From Chitinophagales bacterium (GTDB lineage Bacteria > Bacteroidota > Bacteroidia > Chitinophagales > UBA10324), in the NCBI GenBank assembly GCA_025056305.1, contig JANWWJ010000031.1:66861-130860 (forward strand): DNA of 64,000 nucleotides. The letters run 5' to 3'. The notes beneath the pieces are model-generated. The model saw only the letters and a list, made by a program, of their open reading frames with translations, did not search any database and was not told where the DNA came from. Numbering within the stretch: the stretch's first letter is position 1; the number at the start of each line of letters is the position of its first letter. The position numbers and the translations under genes were made by a program. Of the stretch, positions 39,646-48,103 are shown in pieces.

Positions 39646-40317
39646 CTATTTCATGTAGCGATAAAGCTGACCCGCCAGATAGCCTCCGGCCAGCGGCGCT
39701 ACGATGAACAGCCAAAGTTGGGCCAGCGCCCAGTCGCCTACAAATACGGCCTGACTGATACTGCGTGCCGGATTTAATGAGGTGTTGGTAATCGGTATGG
39801 TGATGAGGTGAATGGCCGTAAGAGCCAAGCCTATGGCTATCCCTGCAAACTCGCGGGGCGCACGCTCATCGGTAACGCTGAGCACAATGAACACAAACAA
39901 AAAGGTGAATACCAGCTCCGCGATCAATGCAGCCAATAGACTATATCCGCCGGGCGAATGTGTACCATAACCGTTGGCGGCAAAGGTGCCGATATCGCGG
40001 CCTGCCTGCGTCAACAGCACATAGAGCATGGTGGCAGCCACCAAGGCGCCGGCCACCTGAGCAGCTACATAAGGCAAGAGGTCGCGACTATTCAAGCGGC
40101 CGCCGGCCCATGCGCCGAGCGTAACGGCAGGGTTAAAGTGCGCGCCGGAAATGTGCCCCACAGCATAGATCATGGCCATGACAGCCAGTCCCACAGACAA
40201 CGATACCCCCAGAAATCCGATGCCCAGATCATCGAAACGACCGGAAATCAAACCACTGCCACAACCGGCCAACACCAGCCAAAATGTTCCGATAAATTCA
40301 GCAATGTTTTTTTTCAT
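39646..40317 (-). CDS. aqpZ: Aquaporin Z / MIP family channel
   Basis: Two NPA boxes (HFNPAVT and SLNPARS), 6 TM helices, and an AEFIGTFWLV start. Confidence 0.9.
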   Translation of the reverse strand: MKKNIAEFIGTFWLVLAGCGSGLISGRFDDLGIGFLGVSLSVGLAVMAMIYAVGHISGAHFNPAVTLGAWAGGRLNSRDLLPYVAAQVAGALVAATMLYVLLTQAGRDIGTFAANGYGTHSPGGYSLLAALIAELVFTFLFVFIVLSVTDERAPREFAGIAIGLALTAIHLITIPITNTSLNPARSISQAVFVGDWALAQLWLFIVAPLAGGYLAGQLYRYMK

Positions 40318-40579
40318 AACAATTTAAAAAATGCGTTAAACCAACAAACTTTTCCTTTTTTTAAGCACAGCGGTAATGAAGCAAAGTCGGCAGCAAACCC
40401 GATTGCAAGCAGAATGACCACCGCCATTGCCAAACCAACCACACAATGATTGTTCATCATCATTACTCATTTTTGGATCAAGAGAGCCTGCTCTATCCAA
40501 AATGACTTTTGGTACTGTTTGCTCGAACGAAGCGTTTTTCATCGCATTTAATTTCTGCTAAAAATAATAGGCTTTCTTT

Positions 40580-41515
40580 TTATCTGAATGTCACTGATTT
40601 GATGAGAAACAAGGCATACAAACAGAGGAACAGCATTCCTTCCCATGCCGAAACTTTTTTATCCTGCGTAAGCAGGTAAAACAACAGTCCGCTGGCCGCC
40701 ATCAGCGGCAGTGAAAACCCGACGATATCGTCCGTTATGTGCAGCGGACCGAACATCGTAGCTATGGGAATGATCATAGCTGAGTTGAAAATACACGAAC
40801 CCAGCACATTACCGATTGCCAGTTCTGCACGGCCCTGCCGCAAAGCCTGAATGTTAACGGCAAGCTCCGGCAGCGTTGTGCCCAGCGATAACATTGTCAC
40901 GGCCACCAAGGTGGCCGGCACTCCCAGGCCCAGGGCCACTTCCTGCAGTGCGCTGATGGCAAATTCGGCACTGAAGTAAATGCCGATGCAGGCCAGCACT
41001 AAAAGGCCCAAAGCACCGCTTGGAAAAGCTTTTTCTTCCGGCACTTCTTCGGCGCGGTTGGCCTCGCCCCGTACAATGTAAAGGGTGTACACGGCAAAAA
41101 TCACCATGCCGATAAACGATTCCAGAAATGTGATGGCTCCGTCATAAGCCAGAACCGACAGGAAAACGATACTGCCTATCATAAAATGCAGGTCAATATA
41201 CAGATAGCCGCTGCCCAGATATATGGTGCTGCCAACTAGAGCCGCCACCAGTCCGGTAATCAGCAAGAGATTAGCAATGTTGGCCCCCACCACATTGGCG
41301 GCCACCAACTCACTAACGCCCCGCTGGACACTCAGAACAGCCGTGACCAGTTCAGGCAATGATGTGCCCATGCCCACGATGAAGATGCCGGTGACCAACG
41401 GCGGCAATTGCAACCAATTGCCCAAGCGTGTAGCACCATGCATGAAGCCCCGTGCAGCATACACCAACACCACCAGTGCCGATGCGAAAACCACAAAGTC
41501 GAACAACAACTCCAT
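40580..41515 (-). CDS. Sodium/calcium exchanger family (CaCA, YrbG-like) membrane protein
   Basis: Two alpha-repeat motifs, GTSLPELVTAV and GTTLPELAVNI, in a 311-aa polytopic protein. Confidence 0.8.
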   Translation of the reverse strand: MELLFDFVVFASALVVLVYAARGFMHGATRLGNWLQLPPLVTGIFIVGMGTSLPELVTAVLSVQRGVSELVAANVVGANIANLLLITGLVAALVGSTIYLGSGYLYIDLHFMIGSIVFLSVLAYDGAITFLESFIGMVIFAVYTLYIVRGEANRAEEVPEEKAFPSGALGLLVLACIGIYFSAEFAISALQEVALGLGVPATLVAVTMLSLGTTLPELAVNIQALRQGRAELAIGNVLGSCIFNSAMIIPIATMFGPLHITDDIVGFSLPLMAASGLLFYLLTQDKKVSAWEGMLFLCLYALFLIKSVTFR

Positions 41516-41612
41516 AGGTGTTTGTTACAGGCATAAATAAGGATTTGTAGCGGGCCGAAGAAAAAAATGTAGCGCACGTCCCTTTGTAACCGTACTATCT
41601 TTGCGTGCCCAC

Positions 41613-42092
41613 ATGGCCTGGTGGCACATCGTTTTGATCTTGCTTTTAGGCTGGCTGCTGGTAATGCTGGAAGTGTTTTTGATTCCGGGCATCACGCTGT
41701 TAGCCATCGTGGGCTCGCTGACCATGCTGGCCGGTGTAGTGCTGGCCTACAGCCACTTCGGCGCGCTGTGGGGCACCGTAACGCTGTTGGGCACGGCCGT
41801 GGTCACGTTGCTGAGCATCATTTACGGCTTTCGCAGCGGCCTGTTGGGCTGGCTGACCCTCAAAAGCAAGGTGGAAGGCCGCATGAACGTCATTGATGAA
41901 ACGCGCATTCATGTGGGGGACCGTGGCCTGGCCCTCTCTAAGATCGCTCCGGCAGGCAAGGCCCTCTTCGGTAACGATACCTATGAGGTACATTCGCACC
42001 ACGAATGGATTGAAGAAGGCTCGGAAGTGGAAGTTACCCGCATCGGCCTGGGAAAGATTTATGTAAAACAAATTCATAAAAATAATTCGTAA
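41613..42092 (+). CDS. NfeD family membrane protein
   Basis: N-terminal TM helices plus a C-terminal OB-like soluble domain ([30 protein letters not shown]). Its stop overlaps the floA start (TAATG). The ATG is at 41613; the track starts at TTG 41601. Confidence 0.8.
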   Translation: MAWWHIVLILLLGWLLVMLEVFLIPGITLLAIVGSLTMLAGVVLAYSHFGALWGTVTLLGTAVVTLLSIIYGFRSGLLGWLTLKSKVEGRMNVIDETRIHVGDRGLALSKIAPAGKALFGNDTYEVHSHHEWIEEGSEVEVTRIGLGKIYVKQIHKNNS

Positions 42093-43072
42093 TGGATCTA
42101 ATCGTTCTGGGCATTTTCATTCTGCTGATTCTCGGCGCCATTTTTCTGTTCCTGTATTTTGTGCCGCTGGGCCTGTGGGTCACGGCACTGGTAGCCGGCG
42201 CGCCGGTCAGCATCGGGCAGTTGATAGCCATGCGCATCCGCAAGGTTCCGCCGGGGCTGGTGGTCAATGCCCTGATCAATGCCACCAAAGCCGGGCTCAA
42301 GGTTACGGCCAACGACATCGAAACCCATTATCTGGCCGGCGGGAACGTCAACCAGGTGATCCGGGCTATGATTTCGGCCGACAAGGCCAACATACCGCTC
42401 GACTGGAAAATGGCTACGGCCATCAACCTGGCCGGCCGCGATGTGTTTGAAGCCGTGCAGATGTCGGTTAACCCCAAGGTGATTGACACGCCCCCGGTTA
42501 CTGCTGTTGCCAAAAATGGCATTCAGCTCATCACGCGCGCCCGCGTCACTGTGCGTACCAACATCAACAAGCTGGTTGGGGGCGCCGGTGAAGAAACCGT
42601 ACTGGCCCGCGTAGGGGAAGGCATTGTTTCCAGCATTGGTTCAGCCAACGACCACAAATCTGTTCTGGAAAACCCCGACTCCATTTCCAAGGTGGTTTTA
42701 GCCAAAGGCCTGGATGCAGGTACCGCTTTCGAAATCCTTTCTATTGACATTGCCGATATCGATGTAGGCAAAAACATCGGTGCCTACCTGCAGATGGATC
42801 AGGCCAATGCCGACAAAAACATTGCTCAGGCCCGGGCTGAGGAACGCCGCGCTATGGCCGTGGCCTTAGAACAGGAAATGAAAGCCAAGGCCGAAGAGAT
42901 GCGCGCCAAGCTCATCGAAGCTGAAGCACAGGTGCCTATAGCCATTGCTGAAGCCTTCCGCAACGGTAACCTGGGAATTATGGACTACCACCGAATACGA
43001 AACCTGCAGGCCGACACTCAAATGCGCGAATCCCTGGCCAAAGGGCCGGAAACACCTCCGCCTACACCTTAG
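42092..43072 (+). CDS. floA: Flotillin-like protein FloA (UPF0365/YqfA family, SPFH domain)
   Basis: N-terminal TM hairpin, then [19 protein letters not shown]...VNALI.A.KAGL and an Ala/Glu-rich coiled coil ([29 protein letters not shown]). Paired with nfeD as in B. subtilis yqeZ-yqfA. Confidence 0.85.
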   Translation: MDLIVLGIFILLILGAIFLFLYFVPLGLWVTALVAGAPVSIGQLIAMRIRKVPPGLVVNALINATKAGLKVTANDIETHYLAGGNVNQVIRAMISADKANIPLDWKMATAINLAGRDVFEAVQMSVNPKVIDTPPVTAVAKNGIQLITRARVTVRTNINKLVGGAGEETVLARVGEGIVSSIGSANDHKSVLENPDSISKVVLAKGLDAGTAFEILSIDIADIDVGKNIGAYLQMDQANADKNIAQARAEERRAMAVALEQEMKAKAEEMRAKLIEAEAQVPIAIAEAFRNGNLGIMDYHRIRNLQADTQMRESLAKGPETPPPTP

Positions 43073-43169
43073 CGTAAATGGTGGATTATTCACAGGCAGC
43101 AGGGAAATAATCCTATTTTTTTTCGTTTCTTTGCAGTACCTAATTACATCATAAATTTTTCACGCGCAC

Positions 43170-45197
43170 ATGCTAAAAAAATTCGTGGTGTGCGGCAGCT
43201 TCATTCTAAGCTGCACTACCGCATTAGCACAAGCCACTTACTATGAAATGGTTCCCGGCACGATAAACCTGACCTGCCCACCACCCATCGGAGTTACTTA
43301 TTACGTCATTGACCCGGATATTTCCATTGCACCCCCGGGCCCGGGAGGCGATGCTCTATGCCCACCCAACAGCAACAGCGCACTGAATTATCAGAACAGC
43401 CTGGACATGATAACTACGGTCACCAATGCTCAGGGGTACTGCTTTCAGCTTAGCTTTCCGCTCAATGCAATGGGTTATTGCCCGAATGATACCTTGTGGA
43501 TCCACAATGGCCCCAGCACGGCCTCTCCGCTCTTGACCAGTCTGGTATGGGGCGCCAATGCCGGTTTTTGCACAAATAGCAACAGCAATCCTGCCGGCGC
43601 GCCCGCTACCACCACCGGCACCAGCGTTACGTTCCGGGTAAAAAGCGACGGCATCGACTCGCGCCGCGGGCATAACATTCAGTTAAGCTGCGTTACCTGC
43701 CCTTCGGCTCCGGCCAATAACGAATGCGCTGGAGCCATTCAACTTTCCCCTTCAGCAAACTGCGTTTATACCTCAGGAACTACCTTTTTGGCCACGCAAA
43801 GTTTACCGGGTTGCACCGGAACGGCCAACGACGATGTCTGGTATCGGTTCACGGCAAACAACACTACTCAAACCATTACGGTAGCGCCCACAACTGCTAC
43901 CATGGACCCTGTCATCCAGCTTTATAGCGGCAGTTGTAGTGCCTTGACCTCATTGTATTGCCAAAATGCCGGTGGGGTTAATGTAACCGAAACGCTCACA
44001 GCCACCGGTCTTAGTATAGGTGCCACCTACTACATTAGGGTTTATGATTTTGGAAACAATCCTAACACCAACAATTACAGTTTCAACATCTGTGTTGTAG
44101 GAGCATCAATCACTGACTGTGCAGGATCGGCACAAGTATGCGGCACGAGCAGCTTCTCTATGACCAACAGCGGCGTAGGACAGCAGGAACATAACGGAGC
44201 AACCTGGGGCTGTCTTGTAAGCGGCGAACACAGCTCGGCTTGGTATTGGTTCTCCTTTGCCACTGGTGGCACTTTTGAGTTTAATGCCGCCAGTGTCGGA
44301 GGCGTCTTCCAAGACGCTGACTTTGCCATCTGGCAGCCCACGAATTGTACCAATAAATGTGGAACCATAAATGTTGCTCCCACACGTTGCTCGTATGCCA
44401 CAGCTGCTGCCAACCCTCATCCTGCTCTGCCTCCTTATTCTACAGGCTGCTCTTTGTATGAAACCGCAGTTCAGACCACAGAAACAGCTGCAGGTGGTGG
44501 CGTGGTGCATGCCTATGTGAATGCATTGCCCGTAACAGCCGGCCAATGCTACGTGCTGCTGTTGGATATCTTCTCTGGCTCTGCTTCCTACACTATGAAC
44601 TGGACCTTAAGCGGTGGCGCCTCCTTCCAATCCTGCGTGCTGCCCATTGACCTGCTGTACTTTAACGGAGAAAACGTCGGCGGCATCAACCACCTATCGT
44701 GGGCTACGGCCACCGAACACAACAACGATTACTTCACCTTAGAGCGTTCGGCCGATGGAGAAGAGTTTACCGAAATTGCCCGCATCAGCGGCGCAGGCAC
44801 CAGCGTGGCCGTTACCCGTTATCAATGGCAGGATCGCTTCCCGTTGCCGGGTCTGAACTATTATCGCTTGCGCCAAACCGACAAAGACGGAGCCTATCAG
44901 TACACCGGTGTCATCCAAGTATATAACCCGAGAGCTTTGCCTTTGGCGCCGGTCATCTACCCCAACCCCAATGATGAAGGCATATATTATGTCAACCTGA
45001 AGACGGAAGATCCCACGCCGGTGCTGTTGACCGTCACCGATGCCTTAGGTCGCCTGCTGGAACAGCGCGAAACCACCTTCTGGGGCAGCGATGTGGAGCA
45101 GATCAACGTATCCGATCTGCCTTCGGGCACCTACTACCTCACGCTCACCGACCTGTACACAGGCATGCGCTACACCAGCCGGCTGGTGCGGTTTTGA
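43170..45197 (+). CDS. Secreted multi-domain protein with T9SS type-A C-terminal sorting domain
   Basis: Signal peptide (…ALAQA). Cys-rich modules with NNECAGAIQL...DDVWYRFTA (PPC-like pattern). The C-terminal roughly 90 aa (VIYPNPNDEGIYYV...LPSGTYYLTL) form the sorting domain. Confidence 0.7.
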   Translation: MLKKFVVCGSFILSCTTALAQATYYEMVPGTINLTCPPPIGVTYYVIDPDISIAPPGPGGDALCPPNSNSALNYQNSLDMITTVTNAQGYCFQLSFPLNAMGYCPNDTLWIHNGPSTASPLLTSLVWGANAGFCTNSNSNPAGAPATTTGTSVTFRVKSDGIDSRRGHNIQLSCVTCPSAPANNECAGAIQLSPSANCVYTSGTTFLATQSLPGCTGTANDDVWYRFTANNTTQTITVAPTTATMDPVIQLYSGSCSALTSLYCQNAGGVNVTETLTATGLSIGATYYIRVYDFGNNPNTNNYSFNICVVGASITDCAGSAQVCGTSSFSMTNSGVGQQEHNGATWGCLVSGEHSSAWYWFSFATGGTFEFNAASVGGVFQDADFAIWQPTNCTNKCGTINVAPTRCSYATAAANPHPALPPYSTGCSLYETAVQTTETAAGGGVVHAYVNALPVTAGQCYVLLLDIFSGSASYTMNWTLSGGASFQSCVLPIDLLYFNGENVGGINHLSWATATEHNNDYFTLERSADGEEFTEIARISGAGTSVAVTRYQWQDRFPLPGLNYYRLRQTDKDGAYQYTGVIQVYNPRALPLAPVIYPNPNDEGIYYVNLKTEDPTPVLLTVTDALGRLLEQRETTFWGSDVEQINVSDLPSGTYYLTLTDLYTGMRYTSRLVRF

Positions 45198-45315
45198 ATT
45201 TCGATTGGATTGATTTTTTCAGCTTCACTAAGTCCTTTCTTGAGGTACTCGTGAACAAAAACTTTCGCATACGGGGGACTTCTCGTCCTTGGTTACCTTG
45301 CAAAATTCAATAAAC

Positions 45316-45333
45316 GAAGGCTTTTAAGCCTTC
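45316..45333 (-). terminator. Hairpin directly after the last gene of the island
   Basis: GAAGGCTT-TT-AAGCCTTC abuts the TAA stop (45334-45336). On the minus strand it is followed by GTTTATT. The U-tract is modest. Confidence 0.45.
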
Positions 45334-46359
45334 TTATGTTTGAGATAAGCCTTCTTTTGCAGGAAGATACTTTTCGCTTGTTTGATTCGTAAGCAATTCC
45401 ATCCTTTTAATAAAAACTTCTCTCTGGCGCGATACAATCACATCGTAATCATCCTGCTGGTCAGCATATTTATTTACTAAAACAAATAATTCTATTGCAA
45501 AAAAAAATAAAAATAAGAAGAACCAAATAAATAAAGCGACAGCATTTGAGAGTAAAATCGAAAATAACACAATCAATTCGTCTAAAAAACCGGTTTTTGA
45601 TTTCAGCTCAGCCTCCAGGTTCTCCCGGATGGCAAAAAGTCTGTTTTCTGACTCTAACTTTTTATCACGTAGGATTTGTATTTGTTTTTCTAAATCATTC
45701 AGTCGTGCAATGTTTGGGTTTTCTATGTGTCGCGATTTTACGCGTCTTTCCGTAGCTACTCGTTTTCCGGCTGTGTCAATCACGTATTGTTGATCGACTT
45801 CATAAATTATTCTTGTAGGATTTTTCTCAATATCTTCACTTAATAATCTAACCTCGGCTTCTTTGATCATGATGGTCGAATCCAGGCTATTAATCTGAGC
45901 AACAAGTTCCTGGGTTTTTTGTGGAAGAATTTTATTGACCTCTTCTTGTATGTTGGAAATTTTTTTCTTTTCAACGTCCTCCTTGAAAAGCATCTGATCA
46001 ATGATTACCGAACCAATCACGGCCATGACAACACCAATTAATCCTCTGAATAAACCCGATATACTCGACCAAAACTTTTTTTGAGTAGATAGAATAATTT
46101 GTCTTTCGATGCTAATTACAATTATAATCATGATTAAAGCAACAGCCACGGATGTATATAAGTCTTCACGTAAGTATCTTTGCGCAAACGTGTAGCCAAT
46201 AAATCCCCATATGATACTAATTATAAGAATAGCAGCAAAATATTTTTTCACCGATTTAACGCTTGCCTCGCTACAGTTTTGTAGAATAAGGTAATTACGC
46301 CCCGTAATAAAGCAGCTTAGCCACAGAATAAAATCATTAATATATTTAGACATTTTCAT
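45334..46359 (-). CDS. DUF4407-like membrane protein (N-terminal TM helices, long central coiled coil, C-terminal TM segment)
   Basis: 341 aa. The N-terminus FILWLSCFITGRNYLILQNCSEAS..KKYFAAILIISIIWGFIGYTFA and SIERQIILS resemble my recollection of the DUF4407 signature. Hydrophobic stretches lie at about residues 40-60, 67-85, 102-124 and 268-300. Residues 125-265 have a heptad-like charged pattern (EEVNKILPQKTQELVAQINSLD...LEKQIQILRDKKLESENRL). Confidence 0.65.
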   Translation of the reverse strand: MKMSKYINDFILWLSCFITGRNYLILQNCSEASVKSVKKYFAAILIISIIWGFIGYTFAQRYLREDLYTSVAVALIMIIIVISIERQIILSTQKKFWSSISGLFRGLIGVVMAVIGSVIIDQMLFKEDVEKKKISNIQEEVNKILPQKTQELVAQINSLDSTIMIKEAEVRLLSEDIEKNPTRIIYEVDQQYVIDTAGKRVATERRVKSRHIENPNIARLNDLEKQIQILRDKKLESENRLFAIRENLEAELKSKTGFLDELIVLFSILLSNAVALFIWFFLFLFFFAIELFVLVNKYADQQDDYDVIVSRQREVFIKRMELLTNQTSEKYLPAKEGLSQT

Positions 46360-46368
46360 AAAACGTTA

Positions 46369-46935
46369 TTATGCCAATTCTGATTTTGTAATTGCAATCA
46401 ATCCTTGTTTAAAACCTCGCTCATACGATAGGATGACGTTTTCAAATAGCCCTGAATCGTTATTAATCTGATCTTCAATTTCTTTAATTCTGTTGATGTC
46501 TATCATTATTTTCTCTTTGTTCTTTTTAAGGTCTTGTACCGTATTATCTAAACCAGCCTTAGCCAACAAATCTATTTTAAGATCGATATCCTTTATTGCT
46601 TTTTCATATTCGCTAATTTCTTTCATTATTATGATTTTCACATTGTTCTTAAGAATCTTTATTCCATTTGCCATGTTACTTAAGTCTGAGTTAGTCAGAG
46701 CATCATGATATCCCATTGATTCGTAATTTCTATTAAGAAATGAATAAATTTTATCAATGCCTTTCGATTCTTCATTTGAAGAACTTATTGGTGGTAGTTC
46801 CTGAGGATCTCTTTTTTCAACAAAAACGTCCTCAGGGATACCGTTTTCTGCCGCGTTTCTTGTGATGTTATTTGCATTGTTATCGACAACGGTCTGGGGC
46901 TTATTTCTATTAAAAATCAGGTCAAAAAGTTTCAT
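46369..46935 (-). CDS. Hypothetical soluble protein: low-complexity N-terminus plus C-terminal coiled coil
   Basis: 188 aa with no TM segment. The first roughly 60 aa are N/P/E/S-rich. Residues about 95-165 are heptad-like (EISEYEKAIKDIDLKIDLLAKAG...KEKIMIDINRIKEIEDQI). No family recognised. Confidence 0.55.
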   Translation of the reverse strand: MKLFDLIFNRNKPQTVVDNNANNITRNAAENGIPEDVFVEKRDPQELPPISSSNEESKGIDKIYSFLNRNYESMGYHDALTNSDLSNMANGIKILKNNVKIIIMKEISEYEKAIKDIDLKIDLLAKAGLDNTVQDLKKNKEKIMIDINRIKEIEDQINNDSGLFENVILSYERGFKQGLIAITKSELA

Positions 46936-46957
46936 TATTTTAAATTTACGTTAATGA

Positions 46958-47269
46958 TTATTTTACATATTTAATGGGGACACTGTATAGTTTGTGTCCT
47001 TTGTAATGGCAGGTTTCGCAAAGGGTTATTAATAAGCGGTTGTCGTAATCCCATGGATGCTTAAACGTATTCAACGACATTGAAAAATGGTATTGCCTAT
47101 GATGAATATGCAAGCGCTGATCTGACTTACAAATTACACATTGATGGTTATCTCTGGCCAAAATCTCACTTCGCTTTGCTTTCCACCTTGGGTCAAGCAA
47201 AATTGTATCATAATTCTCGCGATAAAGGGGGCCCTGTTTAATAGAATCTAAGTAAAAATCGGTGTTCAT
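46958..47269 (-). CDS. Small stand-alone HNH endonuclease
   Basis: 103 aa. WKAKRSEILARDNHQCVIC(C44,C47)...LHIHH(H56,H57)...DN(N77)RLLITLCETCH(C84,C87,H88). This gives the full CxxC...HH...N...CxxCH zinc-finger HNH signature. Confidence 0.75.
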   Translation of the reverse strand: MNTDFYLDSIKQGPLYRENYDTILLDPRWKAKRSEILARDNHQCVICKSDQRLHIHHRQYHFSMSLNTFKHPWDYDNRLLITLCETCHYKGHKLYSVPIKYVK

Positions 47270-47379
47270 GATAAAAGGTGTTTGCTAATATAAAAACTTT
47301 ACTCAGTGCACTCGCCTCAAATGCACTTGTGTTAATGAAAATAAATCAGCTCCGCCCAAAAATTCGTTGATCATCATGC

Positions 47380-47850
47380 TCAGGCTTTCTTCAGCTCTTC
47401 CTCCCAATCGTCTTTTTCGGGATGACTTTTCATATAGGCATCCATAGACCAAGGCCCTGAACCTTCCACCAGGAAGAAAAGCAACAGAAACAGCACCATG
47501 ATGGAAAACCACAGCTCTGTGGAATTAGCCGAGAAAAAGCCGGTTTTGGCGTTAACAAATACTACGGCGCCGATCAGGATGGGCAACTGGAATAAGATGG
47601 CCAAGCGCGTCAGCAAGCCTAAGGCAATCATGGCGCCGCCGATCAAGTGGGCAAACACCACGTAGTGAGCCAGCCAGAAGGAAACCTGACCGAAGCGACT
47701 GTTTTCGATGATCTGCTTCACCCCTTCAGTGTTGCTGATGAAAACATATCCTTTGCCTAAGATGATAAGTCCCAGCAAAATGCGCAGCAGATCGAGCCAT
47801 TTGGGGTGATGGCGGTCGCCCCACTCTTCGATGCGTTTAATGAGGTTCAT
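47380..47850 (-). CDS. DoxX family membrane protein
   Basis: 156 aa, 4 TM helices, with LLRILLGLIILGKG and HLIGGAMIALGLLTRLA typical of DoxX. Confidence 0.7.
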   Translation of the reverse strand: MNLIKRIEEWGDRHHPKWLDLLRILLGLIILGKGYVFISNTEGVKQIIENSRFGQVSFWLAHYVVFAHLIGGAMIALGLLTRLAILFQLPILIGAVVFVNAKTGFFSANSTELWFSIMVLFLLLFFLVEGSGPWSMDAYMKSHPEKDDWEEELKKA

Positions 47851-48103
47851 GGCCGAAACGTTTTAGTTGTCTGACCGAAGTTAACCAAACGCTTCGGCTT
47901 TTTTCCGAAAAACCTTTAGCTATGGCAGCCGGCAATCAGCGGGTACCTGCTTGTCCGGGCTCAACTGTTGAACAGTGGATGGCTTCGCCCTGAACCACTG
48001 TTTCACAAATCTTGGTTTCCATCATTGACCCCTTTGCTCCATACAAAACGAAGATTATGCCAGATTCGTCAGTGCACAGGGGCCTTGTCAACGCACCCTT
48101 GTC

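Larger units (their letters stand above)
45230..47310 (-). other. AT-rich three-gene island (probable horizontally acquired cassette)
   Basis: Hand counts: 46381-46440 has 21/60 G+C and 46501-46560 has 18/60, versus 34/60 in 44701-44760 of the neighbouring gene. Three co-directional ORFs are separated by 22 and 9 nt. Confidence 0.65.

Noticed and set aside
40336-40542. 68-aa Cys-rich ORF (…CGWFGNGGGHSACNRVCCRLCF…) upstream of aqpZ, considered as a bacteriocin or RiPP precursor
   Set aside because: There is no recognisable leader/GG-cleavage motif context, no nearby modification, transport or immunity genes, and no clear start context. It is most likely a chance ORF in a 260-bp spacer.
45257-47300. 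9-nt identical string AAAAACTTT on both flanks of the AT-rich island, as a possible target-site duplication
   Set aside because: It is too short and too A/T-rich to distinguish from chance without comparative data. It is mentioned only as a lead.
47867-47905. Hairpin CCGAAG-N11-CTTCGG followed by TTTTTT on the plus strand, upstream of doxX
   Set aside because: It looks terminator-like, but no plus-strand gene precedes it. It may be a bidirectional element or part of the doxX leader, and the evidence is insufficient to call it.
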